Part shown: one piece after another, positions 1-13,847 of the stretch
Position numbering within the stretch: position 1 is the stretch's first letter
Layout of the letters: the number at the start of each line of letters is the position of its first letter
Assembly: GCA_965153285.1 (NCBI GenBank)
Contig: OZ229112.1
Origin: Podarcis tiliguerta
Taxonomy: Eukaryota
Reading direction: 5' to 3' (one strand)
Length of the DNA: 64,000 nucleotides
Position numbers and translations under genes: made by a program
The notes under the pieces: generated by a model
Database searches by the model: none
Told to the model about the DNA's origin: nothing
The model's input: the letters and a program-made list of their open reading frames with translations, nothing else

Positions 1-1021
1 CCATCTGCTTCCCTGTTTATGATTTTCTCTCTTGATAAAGTGCATCATTTGAAGGGAGCCCTCTCCTGATACTTGGGTTGCAGAAGCAGCCCAGAATATC
101 TCATGTATCGGCTAAATACATTGTCCTCATTATTGTTGTTGTTATCATGCAAGCCTTGATGCAAATTATTCTTGAAATTTAATGGCCTGCCTTCATATTA
201 TTGATGAGACAAACTGATACCTTTTAGTGTAGGAGGAAATAGGAACTTAGGCTGGGAAACAAAAGGAAGTACTCCATCTGCCTAAAGCCATAATGGCTGA
301 GCATCCAGCAAAACAGTCTCCGTATAAAACCACATATTGCTAAAATTCCCCAAACAGCTGTTCAGAACCAGACAAACAATATAAAGGTTGCACAGCATCT
401 TTACACGTTATAATGTGCCACCAAAATGTTGTAGCAACAGTGGTAATAGGAATATAAAATCTCCGCTTAAAAAACAGCATAATCTCATAACTGGATCTGG
501 CTAAACCACAAATGTTCGTACCCACTAGGGCATGCAAACACAACAAGACACAATAACCTTCCCAGGCAATGATCCCTGTATTAATTTCTAACCTGGTAGG
601 TTTCCAAGCTCCTCGCCCAGAAATAGTGCTTATAACTTTTAAGGCTGCAAGCTTATGCACACTTACAGGTATTTAGTATTTGTTTATTAGATTTCTTACC
701 CGTCCTTCATCATAAAGCAGGTTACAAGAGCAAAGGTAATACAACTTTAAAGCAAAATTAAGCCAACCATTAATATGGAGTGTGGGGAAACAGGAGACAG
801 ACATCACATTTGTTTGCAATTTCAAGTAGGTCACAAAAACATGACCACTGTCAAAGGCCAGGTAAGTGGGCAGAGGACCGCACCCTTAGTTATTTCACCA
901 TTTCCTATACTAACTGGATGAGCTGATACTAAAAAGAATTGACTTACAAAATTTACATTTATCAAGCAATGATTTCAGCTTGCCCATCAACAGCTGCAAC
1001 TTTTACATCCATTTATTTCTA

Positions 1022-1210
1022 TGCCTGAGCTAGGACTCAAGAGTTGTAGGTTCAAATCCCCCCACAGCCACCAACTCATAGGCCAGTCATGATCTTTCAG
1101 CCTAACCCACCTCACAGGGTTTGTGTGAGGATAAAATAGAGGGGGCTGGGCATGTACGTTACCTTGCGCTCCTTGAAGAAAAGTAGAGGTGCAAGAGGAG
1201 TAAATAAAAG
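1022..1210 (+). mobile_element. Old MIR/Squam3-like SINE
   Basis: B-box GGTTCAAATCC, GGCCAGTCA, CAGCCTAACCCACCTCACAGGGTT..GTGAGGATAAAAT. Confidence 0.65.
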
Positions 1211-3573
1211 AATAAGTCACTTGAAAATGCCTGTCAAGAAATTAGTCACTATTTGGCAATCCTTCTTATTGTACTGTACTTCCTTATCTTCCTGTCAAAA
1301 GGAAACATGCTTACTCACTGCTCTGTTTGCTTCATAGTCTTCATAGCTTTCCTATGCTGGATCCCCTTCAGGGGAAAAAAACATGATCCAATGTGGAAAT
1401 GTCTGAGCTTCAGGTCCCATACACTTTCTTTGCCACATCCAAATTTATTATTATTATTATTATTATTTAATTGCCCCCCTCCCAGCATGGCAGTGTTTAA
1501 AATCAAACACATGAAGAATTCCAGAGCAAATTTGTTACTGATAGTGTGTGTGGGACTGATATTGTGCGGGGGCCCCTCTGAACATTGAGGAGGCCTGGCC
1601 CTTTCAAAAAAAAAAATGGGAGGGATAGTACCTTGGCCCGCAGGAACCAGTGCCCTTGCTGGCCATCAGCAAAGCACAGATATCATTTTTTAACTATTAT
1701 TTTCCTCACATTTATGTCTTGCCTTTTTTCCATAAAATTCAAGGCCGTGTATATATAAAAAGTTCCAAGCAGTCTCTCACCTAGGCAAGCCAATCAGATG
1801 GGTGGGGTATTATTATTATTATTATTAGACCCAAACATGCTTAGCTTCAGCAATGACAATAAAGCATCGAAGCTCCTTCAAATCATGACAAATATTTATT
1901 TATTTAATCCATCCTTCAAGCACAAGAATCAAAGGATTTCCCATAGAGCAAGGGTGGGGGACCTGAGGCCTGGGACCCAAATGTGGCCCGCCATGCCTGT
2001 CTATGCCACCCTTGGGGGACTCCATAGGCTGCATCCCTCTAGGCCACACCCCTCACTGGCTCTGCTCCACAACTTCCTCAGGTGGGTTTGCCTGACTAGA
2101 ATCTGCCCTTGAACTGTAATACTGTTTCTTGGTTGCCTGGATGGAAGGGGGGGGGGTTTGGAGGGGGTTTGTTCTGACTTTTGCATGGCTGAAATGTAGC
2201 CTACTGCTAAAGCAGAGGGTGCCAAACTGGTGGAGACAAATGTGTTCGCCCTAGATTCTAAAATTTCATTTAAAAAAGAAACAAAGAAAGTCTCTAGCAC
2301 TTCTTGAAAGGAGGTTACAGGGCAAAATGTGCAGGTACCTTCTGTGTTCTGTGAGGTTAGAGTGAATGTGGGGTTGTTCTGTATTTTTCCTGGTGCGGAG
2401 GAATGTTTCTGGTTGCTATTAGATAGCACCAGTAAAATCAGTATTGTGTGATCCCCAAGATCAGTTCCAGCAGGACGCAGCTGACTTGCCACGGCCAAGC
2501 ATAAGGTTGTCGTGGGTGTCTGTCTCTCTTAATTTGTGTTATGCCATTTACTCCATGGTAGCCATTTTAAATAATCCAATTCCCACTCCCTCCTCATAGT
2601 AGGTAATTTTTTTACTGGCCTCCTCAGCACTCTCTCAAAATTCAAAACGTGTCCATTGTCCAAAAAAGTAAAAGCCACGCCCACTGCCCTGGCAACTTTT
2701 GCCTCTATTCTTTTGCCTAACCACCACTTCTATGAAGCCCCTGGGAGGTACCCCATGAGGGGGGAAAGGGCGGGAAAATTCCTTCATCTCTGCCGTGGAG
2801 GCTTACAACCATATAAAATATTTCAGTCCATCGATATAGGATCAAAACACATCCATTGCAGCAACAGCACCACAAAAGCTGCACCACACACATGCAGAGC
2901 ACAACCCTCCGCCCCCAGCATAGCAAGACACATTGTCACTCATGGTGTGGCTATGGAGACTTTTACTCCAGTATTCAGTCAGCATGGGGTGACTGGCGTA
3001 GGGGGTGGGAATCACCATATGGCAAGAGAAAATGAGTTACGTGATTCCGTTCTGGGCATAGCTGTCCTACCTCAGGGAGTAGATGTCACATTTGAACTTT
3101 TAAGGTTATACCACAATGAAAGACACATCTTGCACATAAATACAGCTTGGAAAGGATACAGATTGTCTCTGAGGAAAAGCAAATGCAAATGGGCACGTGT
3201 TGATGACTCTTGGCTTGCACGAAGTACAGCAGAGTTTGTTATTATTATTATTTCCATCTACAATTTGAGAAGTAGGCTGATTTTCCTCAACATGTGTTTG
3301 TGGGGGAGGCTGTAGACATTGCTTTCCATATATTTACTTCTGTCAAATCTGTTCAGTGCCCGTAGCGTGGGGGATTTTGCCGTTCTTTCAATTCTAAAGG
3401 AAATTTTGCTGGGTGACAAATTTGAGCTGCAAATGCTTTAGGGCTCTTAAACTGAGAGATATGGTCCTTCTGCCCACACTTTTGAGATTTGGAGCATGGG
3501 GATGTGATTATGGTGTCATTTTCATTTAATAGGCAAATATTTTTCTCCCTTCCACAATCTCAAATCTTTAATG

Positions 3574-3704
3574 CAGGGGTGAGAAACATGTGGCCCTCCA
3601 GATATGGTTAGACTCTCCATCAGCCCAGCCAGAATGGCCAGTGGTCAGGAATGGCAGGAGTTGTGATCCAAAAACATCAGGATGACCATTGATTCCCATC
3701 CCTG
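3574..3704. mobile_element. Palindromic hAT-type MITE, diverged
   Basis: CAGGGGTGAGAAAC.TGTGGCCCTCCAGAT...TTCCCATCCCTG; partial TSD CTTTAATG/CTCTAATA. Confidence 0.7.
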
Positions 3705-4294
3705 CTCTAATAATGCAAGAGAAGCCAGAACAGGGCTCACATAACCAGCTCACCTATTTTTCCTCTTTTTCATTGAACACACCAGGAATGAGGACCGTCA
3801 GACTGAGGGGCTAAATACAACCCTCTCTACCTGGCCCCTGAAACTCTCCCCAGGTCACCCACCTGAGTGGACTCTGTTTTACACCCTGGGTGCTTTTGCT
3901 TGACTGAAATGTGTCCTTGAACTCTGATGATGCCTCTTGATTGTCGGAATAAAAGATGAGAGAGGTCTGCAAATGTGTGTAGAAACTAGCCCACTGTGCA
4001 AAAGTAGCATTTACATTTGTTGTTTTGCCGTCTCATCTGGCCCCACTCACCACTGACATACTACCCCCCCCCCCCGAAGGTTTCTCAAGTAAGAAATGCA
4101 GCTCCTGGGCAGAAAAGTGTTTCCCGCCCTAGGGTACACCAAATGGAACTCAGAGTTCTACAAGCTTCTGGTGGAGATACAATGGATCAAATGGCAGCTG
4201 CTAGGCTTACTGTGATGGCAGGCTCTGGCAGATTGAGCAGACGAGACCAACATTGGGTCCAATGGTCAAGAAGACAGTTTCTGCACATACCATA

Positions 4295-4712
4295 GAGGTA
4301 AGTGAGGAGCAGGGGGGTTTGTCAACCTGGAAAGGTAGCCCATCTAGGAGAAGAAAGACTCTGAACCTAAACCTCCTCTGCCCTGTGGGATATCCTCAGT
4401 AGAAGAAAAGGCTAAGGAATGAACCCTACACAAATCTGGAGTGCAGTCCCTAAAGCGATTGGATGACGCCTTGTACAGCCCCTTCTGGCAACTCTTGCAG
4501 CCAAGCTGGTGCCAAATGTATTGCTCACCTTTGCTGTGGACCATATCAGCGAGGCCGAGAGGGGGGTCTTGCCATCTGGGAAGCCCAGGACCAACCTGCC
4601 CAAGCTTGCACCCCAGGGACGTCACTTCAGTGCTTCTAACACACCAGTTTGATTTCATCCCCAGAGGCGCACTCCATTGTTTCTCAAGACAGACGGATGC
4701 TAACAACAACTG
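4295..4712 (+). mobile_element. Non-autonomous RTE-like retroposon
   Basis: About 420 bp ending CTCCATTGTTTCTCAAGACAGACGGATGCTAACAACAAC; a homologous copy lies in reverse at 56868-57330. Confidence 0.65.
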
Positions 4713-7700
4713 GCAGCAATTGGCAAGTTACAATAAATGATGGCAGCTCCAGTAGTCTGCTAAATATAAAGGTCACGATACTATTAATAATAAAAAATGC
4801 AATTAGAATTCACCAGGGGTTTATGTGTACCAACTGCCACTTCTATTGAAGCAAGTGCCATAAACCATATACAATATGCAAGAGTACAATTCATGTTACT
4901 CTGAATACAATCACTGCTTCCCTACAGAAGCTGAATATTTTAATCAGAATAAGAAGCAGGGTTAGAAGGTGAGCTTATCACATGCCTAGGAAAGGGGCAG
5001 AAAGCCAAATGACACTCATAAAATATAGACCTCACTGCTTTGTTCGATACACTCATTGCTTTCTGAGCCTTTAATGGATACTGAACAGGGCTATAAATGA
5101 AAAGGGATATTTAATCAGAGCTAGAAATGAGATGTTCAGTGAGCAAAACAAACACCTTGTTTGCAACAACTTCTACCACAGGTGGTTGCAGGCCTGTGTA
5201 TACAACATATCTTTGATATCTGTTCTGGACATCTTTATACAGTAAAATGAACCCAATCGCTATTTACCACCTCCAGGAATTAGACTGGTAACTAGGAAAC
5301 TATAATAAATAATAATAATTTTCTTATTTATACCCCGTTCATCTGAATGGGTTGCTCCAGCCACTCTATATGATTATTATTTTCAAAGGCTTAAAGGCAT
5401 CCCCCCCCAAAAATATTTGTATGTTAATTTAAAAGAGTATGTATAAAACATCAACTAATGGCAGCAGCAGCAGCAATATCACAGTGACATACACTAAAAC
5501 CACTGAAATATCACACAATTCTAAAATAAAAATGACTAACTTTAAATCAAATTAACAAAACACTTAGATTTAATAATCATGCATTCTTCCTCTGGGTTAT
5601 GCCTCTGGAGAACAAGCATGTATTTATATATGCTGTAAGCTTCCCAGAGTGGCTGGAGAAACCCAGCCAGATGTGCAGAGTTGTTGTTGTTGTCGTCGTC
5701 GTCATCAGTGGTAAACTGGAAAGCCACCAGCATGTAGCAAGAAAGACTAGGTTGAGGAAGCTGTTGAAGAATCTATAGTTGCCTGAATATAAAAGAAAGG
5801 AGTTGGGTGGTGACAACTACCAGAGATAATATATAGAATAAAATATTGTTAGCTTATGTCTCTCAAGAGTGCTGTGCATGTCACGCCAGGATATTTTGGA
5901 GGGCGGGAGATGAATGTGTGGGATCCCCCAGAACAGAATATGGACATGAAAAGAATAACTGAAATGAAGGGAAATAAAATAAATGTACCGTATGATACTG
6001 ACATACAAAAGATAGACCAGGTAGAGTGTTTCTCTAGGCAAGGGTATGTGTGAAAGTACCCTCAGAGCCCGCTCCTACCTCTTACTGCCCAGGCAGGTTG
6101 GTGAGTCATAATTCCTAGCTTTGGAAAGGTTCACCATATTGATTCAAAATGGTGTGTGACAGTGTCCACACATAGACCAAGAGGGTCTTGTTTCTTCCAT
6201 AGCCTTGGATTCCAACAGAAATCAAGCATCGCTCTGCCTCTCTGGCTTCTTAGCCTACTGCTTCCAGCTTCCAGTTTCTCACTCATATAAGTGACTCTCA
6301 ACTCTGGCCTTTGTCTTTCTAACTACCAGCGAGTTCAGGGAGAGGCCCCCACTCTGACACAGAGCCACTTATTTTGTTACTTGAATGGCCCATTACCCCA
6401 CCAAGAAGCTAGCCTGTCTATTCCATGAATCTGAATCCTTGCTTAGATTTTGACACTTGCTGGATCCAGGAATTAGAAGGGTATATAGCCTACTCCTCTC
6501 ACTCCAGATTCATGACAATATCATTATTCGATGTATACATTGTATTTCTAATGAGATGAGAACAGGGAAGTGTGAATACCATTTTACAACCCGTGTTGGT
6601 GTTCAAGAAGAGTGCTTTCAATCTGAAACTAGTGCAAAGGCACGGGGAACAAGAACAGAAAGCTAAACGTATGGGCTGATTAATGTGAAAAAAGAGCCGG
6701 GAGGACCGTTCTTAACATCCCCAGTAGGGCTGCTTATGTACTTAAAGTTAAGCATGTGGTCAATTATCCAGTTAAATGAAGTGTTATTATAAAACAATTA
6801 AATTGCAATGAGAACCACAACACAAATGCCTCAAGATGTTAAAACACAACATGGGATGGGAGAAATACAGAATGAGCTATTCTGAGAGAAGGGCTTCTTT
6901 GCACATGGTTCAGAAGAACATTGGACAGTCTCTTTGACAGAAAACCTGCTGTCTCACCCACACAACATTCCGACAGTTGTTTCCCCAGGGGCAACTGCAC
7001 AAAAAAGCAAAACAAAAACAAAAACAAGCTCCAACAGTCCTTATAGATCTCTCAGAAATTCACACACTTCTTTGCTAAAAGACTTCTGTTGGAATAAAAT
7101 CCATAGAAATGAATAGATTTCCTGTGGGGTAGCTGTGTTTAGATTTAGGATCAGGGGGGATGGGAAATCAAAGTATCTGGCTCCCATGGCTTTATCTTTC
7201 CCTCAGAGTTGGGCATATTCAACTTGTCTGATCTTATGCTTCCCTGTCTCTGGCCACAGAATTTGCTCCAAGAGAGACTGGCCTCATTCTGCATAAATCT
7301 GAGACAGAGAACAAGAGTATAAGTGCTCAAAAGAGAATTGGTTCCAACGAGGAGCTAGGAGTCAGTCAAGAAGATGAGACACAATGCTAAAATTTACGCC
7401 CTTCAATTATTTTCCATATATTATATTGGTGCTCTGAATTCTCGCAGAAACTTGGACGACGAAGCCATAATTTAGGCTGGAGCTTTTCAAAAGAAGTGAA
7501 TGTGTGTTTGGCAACTCTGTGATTGCAGTGATAAAACTGCATTAGCAATTAATAATCGCACGAAAAGGGAGAGCCATCATCGGCTGTCATGAGTCTATTA
7601 GCAAATAAATCTGGAATGAAGGAGATCCCCAGTGAGGCCTCTTGATGGATTATATTAAATTTAATGGAAGATATGCTGTAATTGTAAGATGCTGGATGGT

Positions 7701-8890
7701 AAGAACAAGAGGAAGAAATTGGTTTTTTTATGAGAGAGTGTCTGCAGGCAGGTATGACTTGCACATTTTTGTAGAAAGGCATGCAAACAAAATATCTCCC
7801 CTTCCCCAAATTACTCTTTTTTTAAATCCCTGTGCCAACCCCCCCCCCCCAACCTTGTGAGGGAGTGTTGTATTGGTCCAAGATAGGGAAATACAGATTA
7901 ATTCCTGCTTTTCCTAGATTTGAATCAAATTCTCTCAGCCATCTTGGCAGCTGATTCAGCTTTCCCATTGCTTTGGGAAAGACAGGAAGAAGATGCTTTG
8001 CTTCACTATTTACATTTTATTTCTTTCTTCAAATTACAACATAATGATGAGACACAGCCCTTTAGTCCCTATCCCAACACATATCCATGAATAGAGGCCC
8101 CAATATATGCAGAAGATTTGGCGGGGCAATGACACACATGGCCTTGGGACGTCACACATGTGCCGTTGCAACATCAGGATGTTGGAAGGAGCCACAGGGT
8201 GGAGTTGAATGTGGCGGCAGCACAGCATCAATGGCCAGTGGCTCCTCCTCTCTTGTGCTACAGCCACCGCCACCGGCCAGGGCTGCTTCCCCACCCCCTT
8301 CCTCTCCACAGCAGAAGGAGGAGCCAGCCATTGAAGCTGTGCTGTGCTTCGCTCCATGCTCAGCCTCCTCTGCAGCCTGGGCCTGCCCTCCAAAAAATTA
8401 TTGGGGTGGGGCCAAAAGAGTTGGCGCCTATGTCCTTCTAATATATACTACGAGGAATTCAACACCGTTCTCTTCTGACCGTTCTGTCAGTGCAAGCATT
8501 TGAGCTGGGCAAATGGAATCAACCCCTTTTCCTCCCCCGTGTGCTGCTCTGGGGGTTCTTCAGACACGCCCCCCCCCACTGAAAGCCAACTTCAGGGGTG
8601 CAGAGTGTTGAGAGAGGGAGAAGCCCCTTTGAGCAAGCAGAAGTCCTTGCAGGGGGCTTCTGCTGATGGAGCCCATTGAGTCTCACCCACTATTCCCCCA
8701 CATGCTTACATTTGAGGGCAGACACTGAAATTCCCAATGAGTCGGTATGCTGCAGCATTGTTCTGTTACAAATTTGTGGTCTATTATTTCAACTATTTTT
8801 GCAATGGCCATTGTAGCCTTTTATCTCCTTTGTGACTGTGTGAGATCTCCCAAAGACTGGTACAGCAGTTGTCAATCATGATGAGATAGA

Positions 8891-9107
8891 CCTTCTCCGC
8901 TCCTCCACATGCAGCTGCTGGGTGACCATGGGCCAGTCACACTTCTTTGAAGTCTCTCAGCCCCACTCACCTCACAGAGTGTTTGTTGTGGGGGAGGAAG
9001 GGAAAGGAGAATGTTAGCCGCTTTGAGACTCCTTAAAGGGAGTGAAAGGCGGGATATCAAATCCAAGCTCCTCCTCCTCCTCCTCCTCCTCCTCTTCTTC
9101 TTCTTCT
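8891..9107 (+). mobile_element. MIR/Ther1-derived SINE (Squam3 type), 5'-truncated, with (CTC)n(TTC)n tail
   Basis: GCTGGGTGACC.TGGGCCAGTCAC core, CACCTCACAGAGTGTTTGTTGTG, GTTAGCCGCTTTGAGACTCC L2-like end. Confidence 0.8.
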
Positions 9108-10382
9108 GTTGTCACATGAACAAATCTCTTCCCACTTTCCCCAGGGCTGCCTTGTTGCTATTTCATGGGCACCATCATCGTTTTGTAGTTGCATCCATAT
9201 CTGTTGAGATCTCTTTGGGGCACTCAACAATGGTTTCAGCGGCTTGTGATCCAACAGGGCATGCACCATTTGGCCAAATATGAGCTGGAAAAAATAGATC
9301 CGTTTCAAATAGCACAGTCAATAGTTCTTTTTCAACATGTGCATATCACATTTCAGTTTCTGAGTTACTCTGCTGGCAAATGAAGGAAATGGTTGTCTCT
9401 GTAACTCCCTGGGAAGAAAGGTTGACTACTCTGGGAACGGTAGCATTTATGAGAGAAATAGGGCTCTCCTAAAAACTCTCAGTGCCCTTAACAAACTACA
9501 GTTTCCAGGAATCTTCGGAAGAAGCCGTAACTTTTTTAAGCGGTATGATACTGCTTTAAAAGTATAGTGCAGACACAATGTATTTTTATGTCTATATGTC
9601 TAAAGCAAAAATATAAGAATTGTGAAATGGGAATGGAGAGGTAACACGGCAGCCGTTTTCCTCCTGTATCCAATGTCTTTTGATCCCCTCTTCTTGTTGT
9701 GTTGCATACTGCACCCTGTTCTCTTATCAAACTCTTTGCTGGGAAGGTTAGATGTAGAAAGATGCTTCTCAACCCAGCAGGTACCTTACAATTGTACCCT
9801 TACCCCCCCCCATTTCCAATAGGGAGAAGGGAGAAAAGATAAAAGAGGACTGATGCATTGCACCCTGCCCTGTTACTCAATGCAAGTGCTAAAATGGGAT
9901 GGAGCCCTTTGACCCCAACCTTTGGCTGCCACCTGCCACCTGCTACTTACAGGGAGACAGTGATATTTAATCGCTTTCTACAGCTGCAGCCACTTAAGAA
10001 TCTGTTCCCACCCAGAGGACAAAGTGGGAGGGTTCACAGCTATTCATCAGAGACGTGCGCTTGGGGAGAAAGCAGAAGACTTCGAGGATTAGTTTATGTA
10101 AAAAGAAAGCAGTTACAAGAGGAATGTTCTGTGACGGTGATCAGATAAACTGTAGTAAAATACTTTATGAATTCACACAGAACATCGCAATGAGAGCAAT
10201 TGTATTTACCAATCTACGATGCAGTCATAAAGTTGGACATTATCTTCCGGAGAAGATATTTTTCTTCTTCCGTTGTAGCTCCCAATGTCTTCTACATTGT
10301 ATCAGTATATTAAAGACCTTAGTAAATTAGCTCTTTACTTGTATCGATCAACTAACATTTTGAAATAAGCAGCATGTTAATA

Positions 10383-10574
10383 CAGTGGTACCTCGGGTTA
10401 AGAACTTAATTCATTCTGGAGGTCTGTTCTTAACCTGAAACTGTTCTTAACCTGAGGTACCACTTTAGCTAATGGGGCCTCCCACTGCTGCCTTGCCGCT
10501 GGCGCATGAATTCTTGTTCTCATACTGAGGTAAATTTCTTAACCTGAGGTATCCTAGATCAGGTAAGGTACCAC
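10383..10574 (+). mobile_element. Tigger/pogo-like MITE, 3' part rearranged
   Basis: TA|CAGTGGTACCTCGGGTTAAG TIR; internal sequence matches the other copies. Confidence 0.8.
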
Positions 10575-10695
10575 CAGGACCAAGAGAATGACAGTGGAGA
10601 GCATTATGTTATGAGCATGATCAGGTTAATGAGCAAAATTAAAGAAGCTATTAGATTAAGAAGGCTCCCTTTAAGGAATAAAAACAAACCTGGGC

Positions 10696-10997
10696 AGCGG
10701 TGGTGAGCTCCCGTTGCTCTGTCCCAGCTCCTGCCTACCTAGCAGTTCGAAAGCACACCAGTGCAAGTAGATAAACAGGTACTGCTGTAGTAGGAAGGTA
10801 AATGGTGTTTCCATATGCTCTGGCTTCTGTCACAGTGTCCCATTACACCAGAAGTGGTTTAGTCAGGCTGGCCACATGACCTGGAAAGCTGTCTGTGGAC
10901 AAATGCCAGCTCCCTCGGCCTGAAAGCGAGATGAGCGCCTCAAGCCCATAGTCGCCTTTGACTGGACTTAACCGTCTGGGTCGTTTACCTTTTACCT
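10696..10997 (+). mobile_element. Sauria SINE, 5'-truncated and diverged
   Basis: Core GGTGAGCTCCCG...CTAGCAGTTCGAAAGCAC...AAGTAGATAAA and (ACCTTT)n tail. Confidence 0.88.
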
Positions 10998-13478
10998 AAC
11001 TATCCTTGTTTCCTAGGAGGTTTCACAGGTGCAGTTATCCTGCGAGTTCAGTTTTGAATATGCAGAAGGATACCCTGGGTGTTGTAAGTATGATTACTCG
11101 GAAGTGTGCTCCACGCACATGTCCTTGTCCTAATGTGGTGCTTGGCATTCCTGGCAGAGTACCCAGGGTTGTGTGGCAGCTGTTGCCAGGCCCTCAGAAG
11201 GAAAATGTGTCAGCTTTCTGCTCATTCTCATGCATTTTGCTCAAGGCAGATCCAATGGCTTTAATTTTAGACAGACTGTTTCTTAACCATATAAATATAA
11301 AACATGAGTGTTATATAGCTTGGGGTCGTGGCAGTTCATTTTTGCTCCTTCCTGCACCATCAACTCTCATTGCAAACATCCATCAGTGTTCACCACAATC
11401 CATAGCTTCCATATCTCAATATAAATGTTAGATAACTTGGGGAGGGGGCACTTTAGGAAAGCAGTAAATCCCTATGTTAGGGAAACACGGGAGGGAGGGA
11501 GGAAAAATGGGAGATATTGAAAGAAGCCAGTGTGGCTGCACAGATTGCTCTCTGACGAGCTGAGATTCAAAGAGGATGTGTATAGGAGATGGAAGAAGAG
11601 ATATATAAACAATGATGAGTTCAACAGATTAGCCTGAATCTACAGGATGGTGTCAGGGAGTCTAAAGCCTAGAAAAACCTGAGCTGTCCTTTGCTAGAGG
11701 TATTTAAGGCTACAGAGGCTGGGCAGAGAGGCTGCAGTTGTTGCACTCCGCATTGCAGATCTTGCATTGAGCAAAAGGTTAGACTAAATTACTTTCAAGG
11801 TCCCTTCCGACTCTATCATAAAAGCTGCTAAGCAGTCAAGAAATGGAAAGAAGAAAAAGGATTATCAGCAAACGAAAGGGAATAAAATACTTCTCCTGTA
11901 CTGTGCTTACAGCAAGGTAGGTTTATGGGGCAAACGTCTCCCAAACCAGGAGATACAGGCAACTCAGCACTTTCAAAAATCACTTTGCTTATTTAGGTGT
12001 GTAACTAGGCACTTAGGATCCTAATTTTAGGCATCCAGCTTCTAAAATCTAGGTCTGTTTTCTCATTGGTGTATCACAAGGGAATTTCCCCAGCCCAATT
12101 TTAAACCTGTTTCATAACAGCGCTGCAGATGTTGCAGTTCTACAAAACTCAGGAACTCTGGCTTCTCTTTTTTTTAAAAAAAGCAGAAACTTAGCTTCCT
12201 TCAGGCTTTGGAGCACCAAGATATAATTCAGAGTACAGGTTTCCATTAAATGTATGTAGTGTGTTCCAGTAGAGGAATTCCATTTGTTTAATGTATTCCA
12301 GGGATGTATTTCTGGCCAATCCTTGCTTCCTCACCATAGACACCGAAGGAAATATTTATGATGTGCTTGAGGAAAATTCCATCCTTTCAGAGCTCCATTC
12401 AGAGTAGACATTGCCCCTTCCTTGCAAGCAGGCAGGGAGCAGTTATGCTGATGCATATGGCTTGTTTGGTAAAGGAGGATTGCCTTATGCCTTGCAAAGT
12501 AGAATTACAGGGCTATAGCGTTCCTCACAGTCTGTTTAAATTCCACCGGCTTTGTGGGATTTGAGAAGCCTAACTGTGTGCAAGATTGCAGATGGATTGT
12601 ATATACCCAGTCTGCACTGCAGGCTTAACAGGAGACCCTCTCATCCAACTCTCTCCTTAAGTGTTCTGAGTAGGAACAAAGAGCAGAGGATAAAATGGCA
12701 AGGGCTAATCTCTTCGTCATGTCCAATGGTAAGAAAAGCATAGCACATATCAGCAGTTTGTCTGAGATGAAGACCTGTCGGTTGCTACGCAATATTTTAA
12801 TTTAGCAGCATGGAATTCACCATAGTGTATCAGTTTGTGCTAGGGATTGTGATCATGCAACTAAGTGTAAGAAGAAGAGGAGGACTGGGATAGCAGCTGT
12901 TGATATCACGAAGGCACCGTCCTTTCTGTTTTCCCTTTTGTAGTTCCTGTGGGAAAGTGGCATTTGTGAAGAAACGTTAAAACTGGAAAGTTACAAGCTG
13001 ACCAAACCAAGGATATTAACTTTCCTTCTCTCTGAGCTTCTAAGCAGTAACTCTCTCACCTAAGCCAGTTAAGCTAGACAGATAAATGCTTCACTGCTAG
13101 TATTGTCTACTGTCTTCTTAAGCAAATACATTTGGAAACAGAATCAGATTATATTCTTTTTGCTAGCAGCAACAAATCATGCTTACAATCCCATTTCCAC
13201 AGAAACTGTATTATTCCATGGTAAGATTTCAAAGGGATGCTAATTGCTCTCTTGAATTACAGTATATGCACATAAATAATAAAAATAATAAATTTGTTCA
13301 TTTTTAAGAAGCAATTTCAGTCGTCTCCCTGTCTCCTTCTTGATTTAGGCTAAAGTATCAAGCGTGGTTTCCTGTATTCATGAATCACTGAATGTAGCTA
13401 AATCCAATACAATTTCAATTTCTTACGTGAAACACCTTATTTAATTGAGGATTACTACTACAGCTACCAAGCTACCAA

Positions 13479-13847
13479 GGGACGCAGGTGGCGCTGTGGG
13501 TAAAACCACAGTGCCTAGGACTCGCTGATCGCATGGTCAACGGTTCGAATCCCCACAACAGGGTGAGCTCCCGTCGTCCGGTCCTAGCTCCTGCCCACCT
13601 AGCAGTTCGAAAGCACCCCTAAGTGCAAGTAGATAAATAGGTACCGCTTTATAATGGGAAGGTAAACGGCATTTCTGTGTGCGGCGCTGGTGCTGGCTCA
13701 CCAGCTGCAGCTTCGTCACGCCAGCCATGTGACCCGGAAGTGTCTCTGGACAGCGCTGACTCCCGGCCTCTTAAGCGAGATGAGCACGCAACCCTAGAGT
13801 CGGAACCGACTGGCCCGTACGGGCAGGGGTACCTTTACCTTTACCTT
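13479..13847 (+). mobile_element. Sauria SINE, full length
   Basis: GGGACGCAGGTGGCGCTGTGG head, B-box GGTTCGAATCC, (ACCTTT)n tail, TSD TACTACAGCTACCAA. Confidence 0.95.

Noticed and set aside
2656-3315. 219-aa plus-strand ORF
   Set aside because: Begins at a non-ATG codon, no recognisable domain or exon structure; likely chance
5900-6460. Possible old solo LTRs here and at about 11425-11660
   Set aside because: Composition is suggestive but I could not define termini, TSD or PBS
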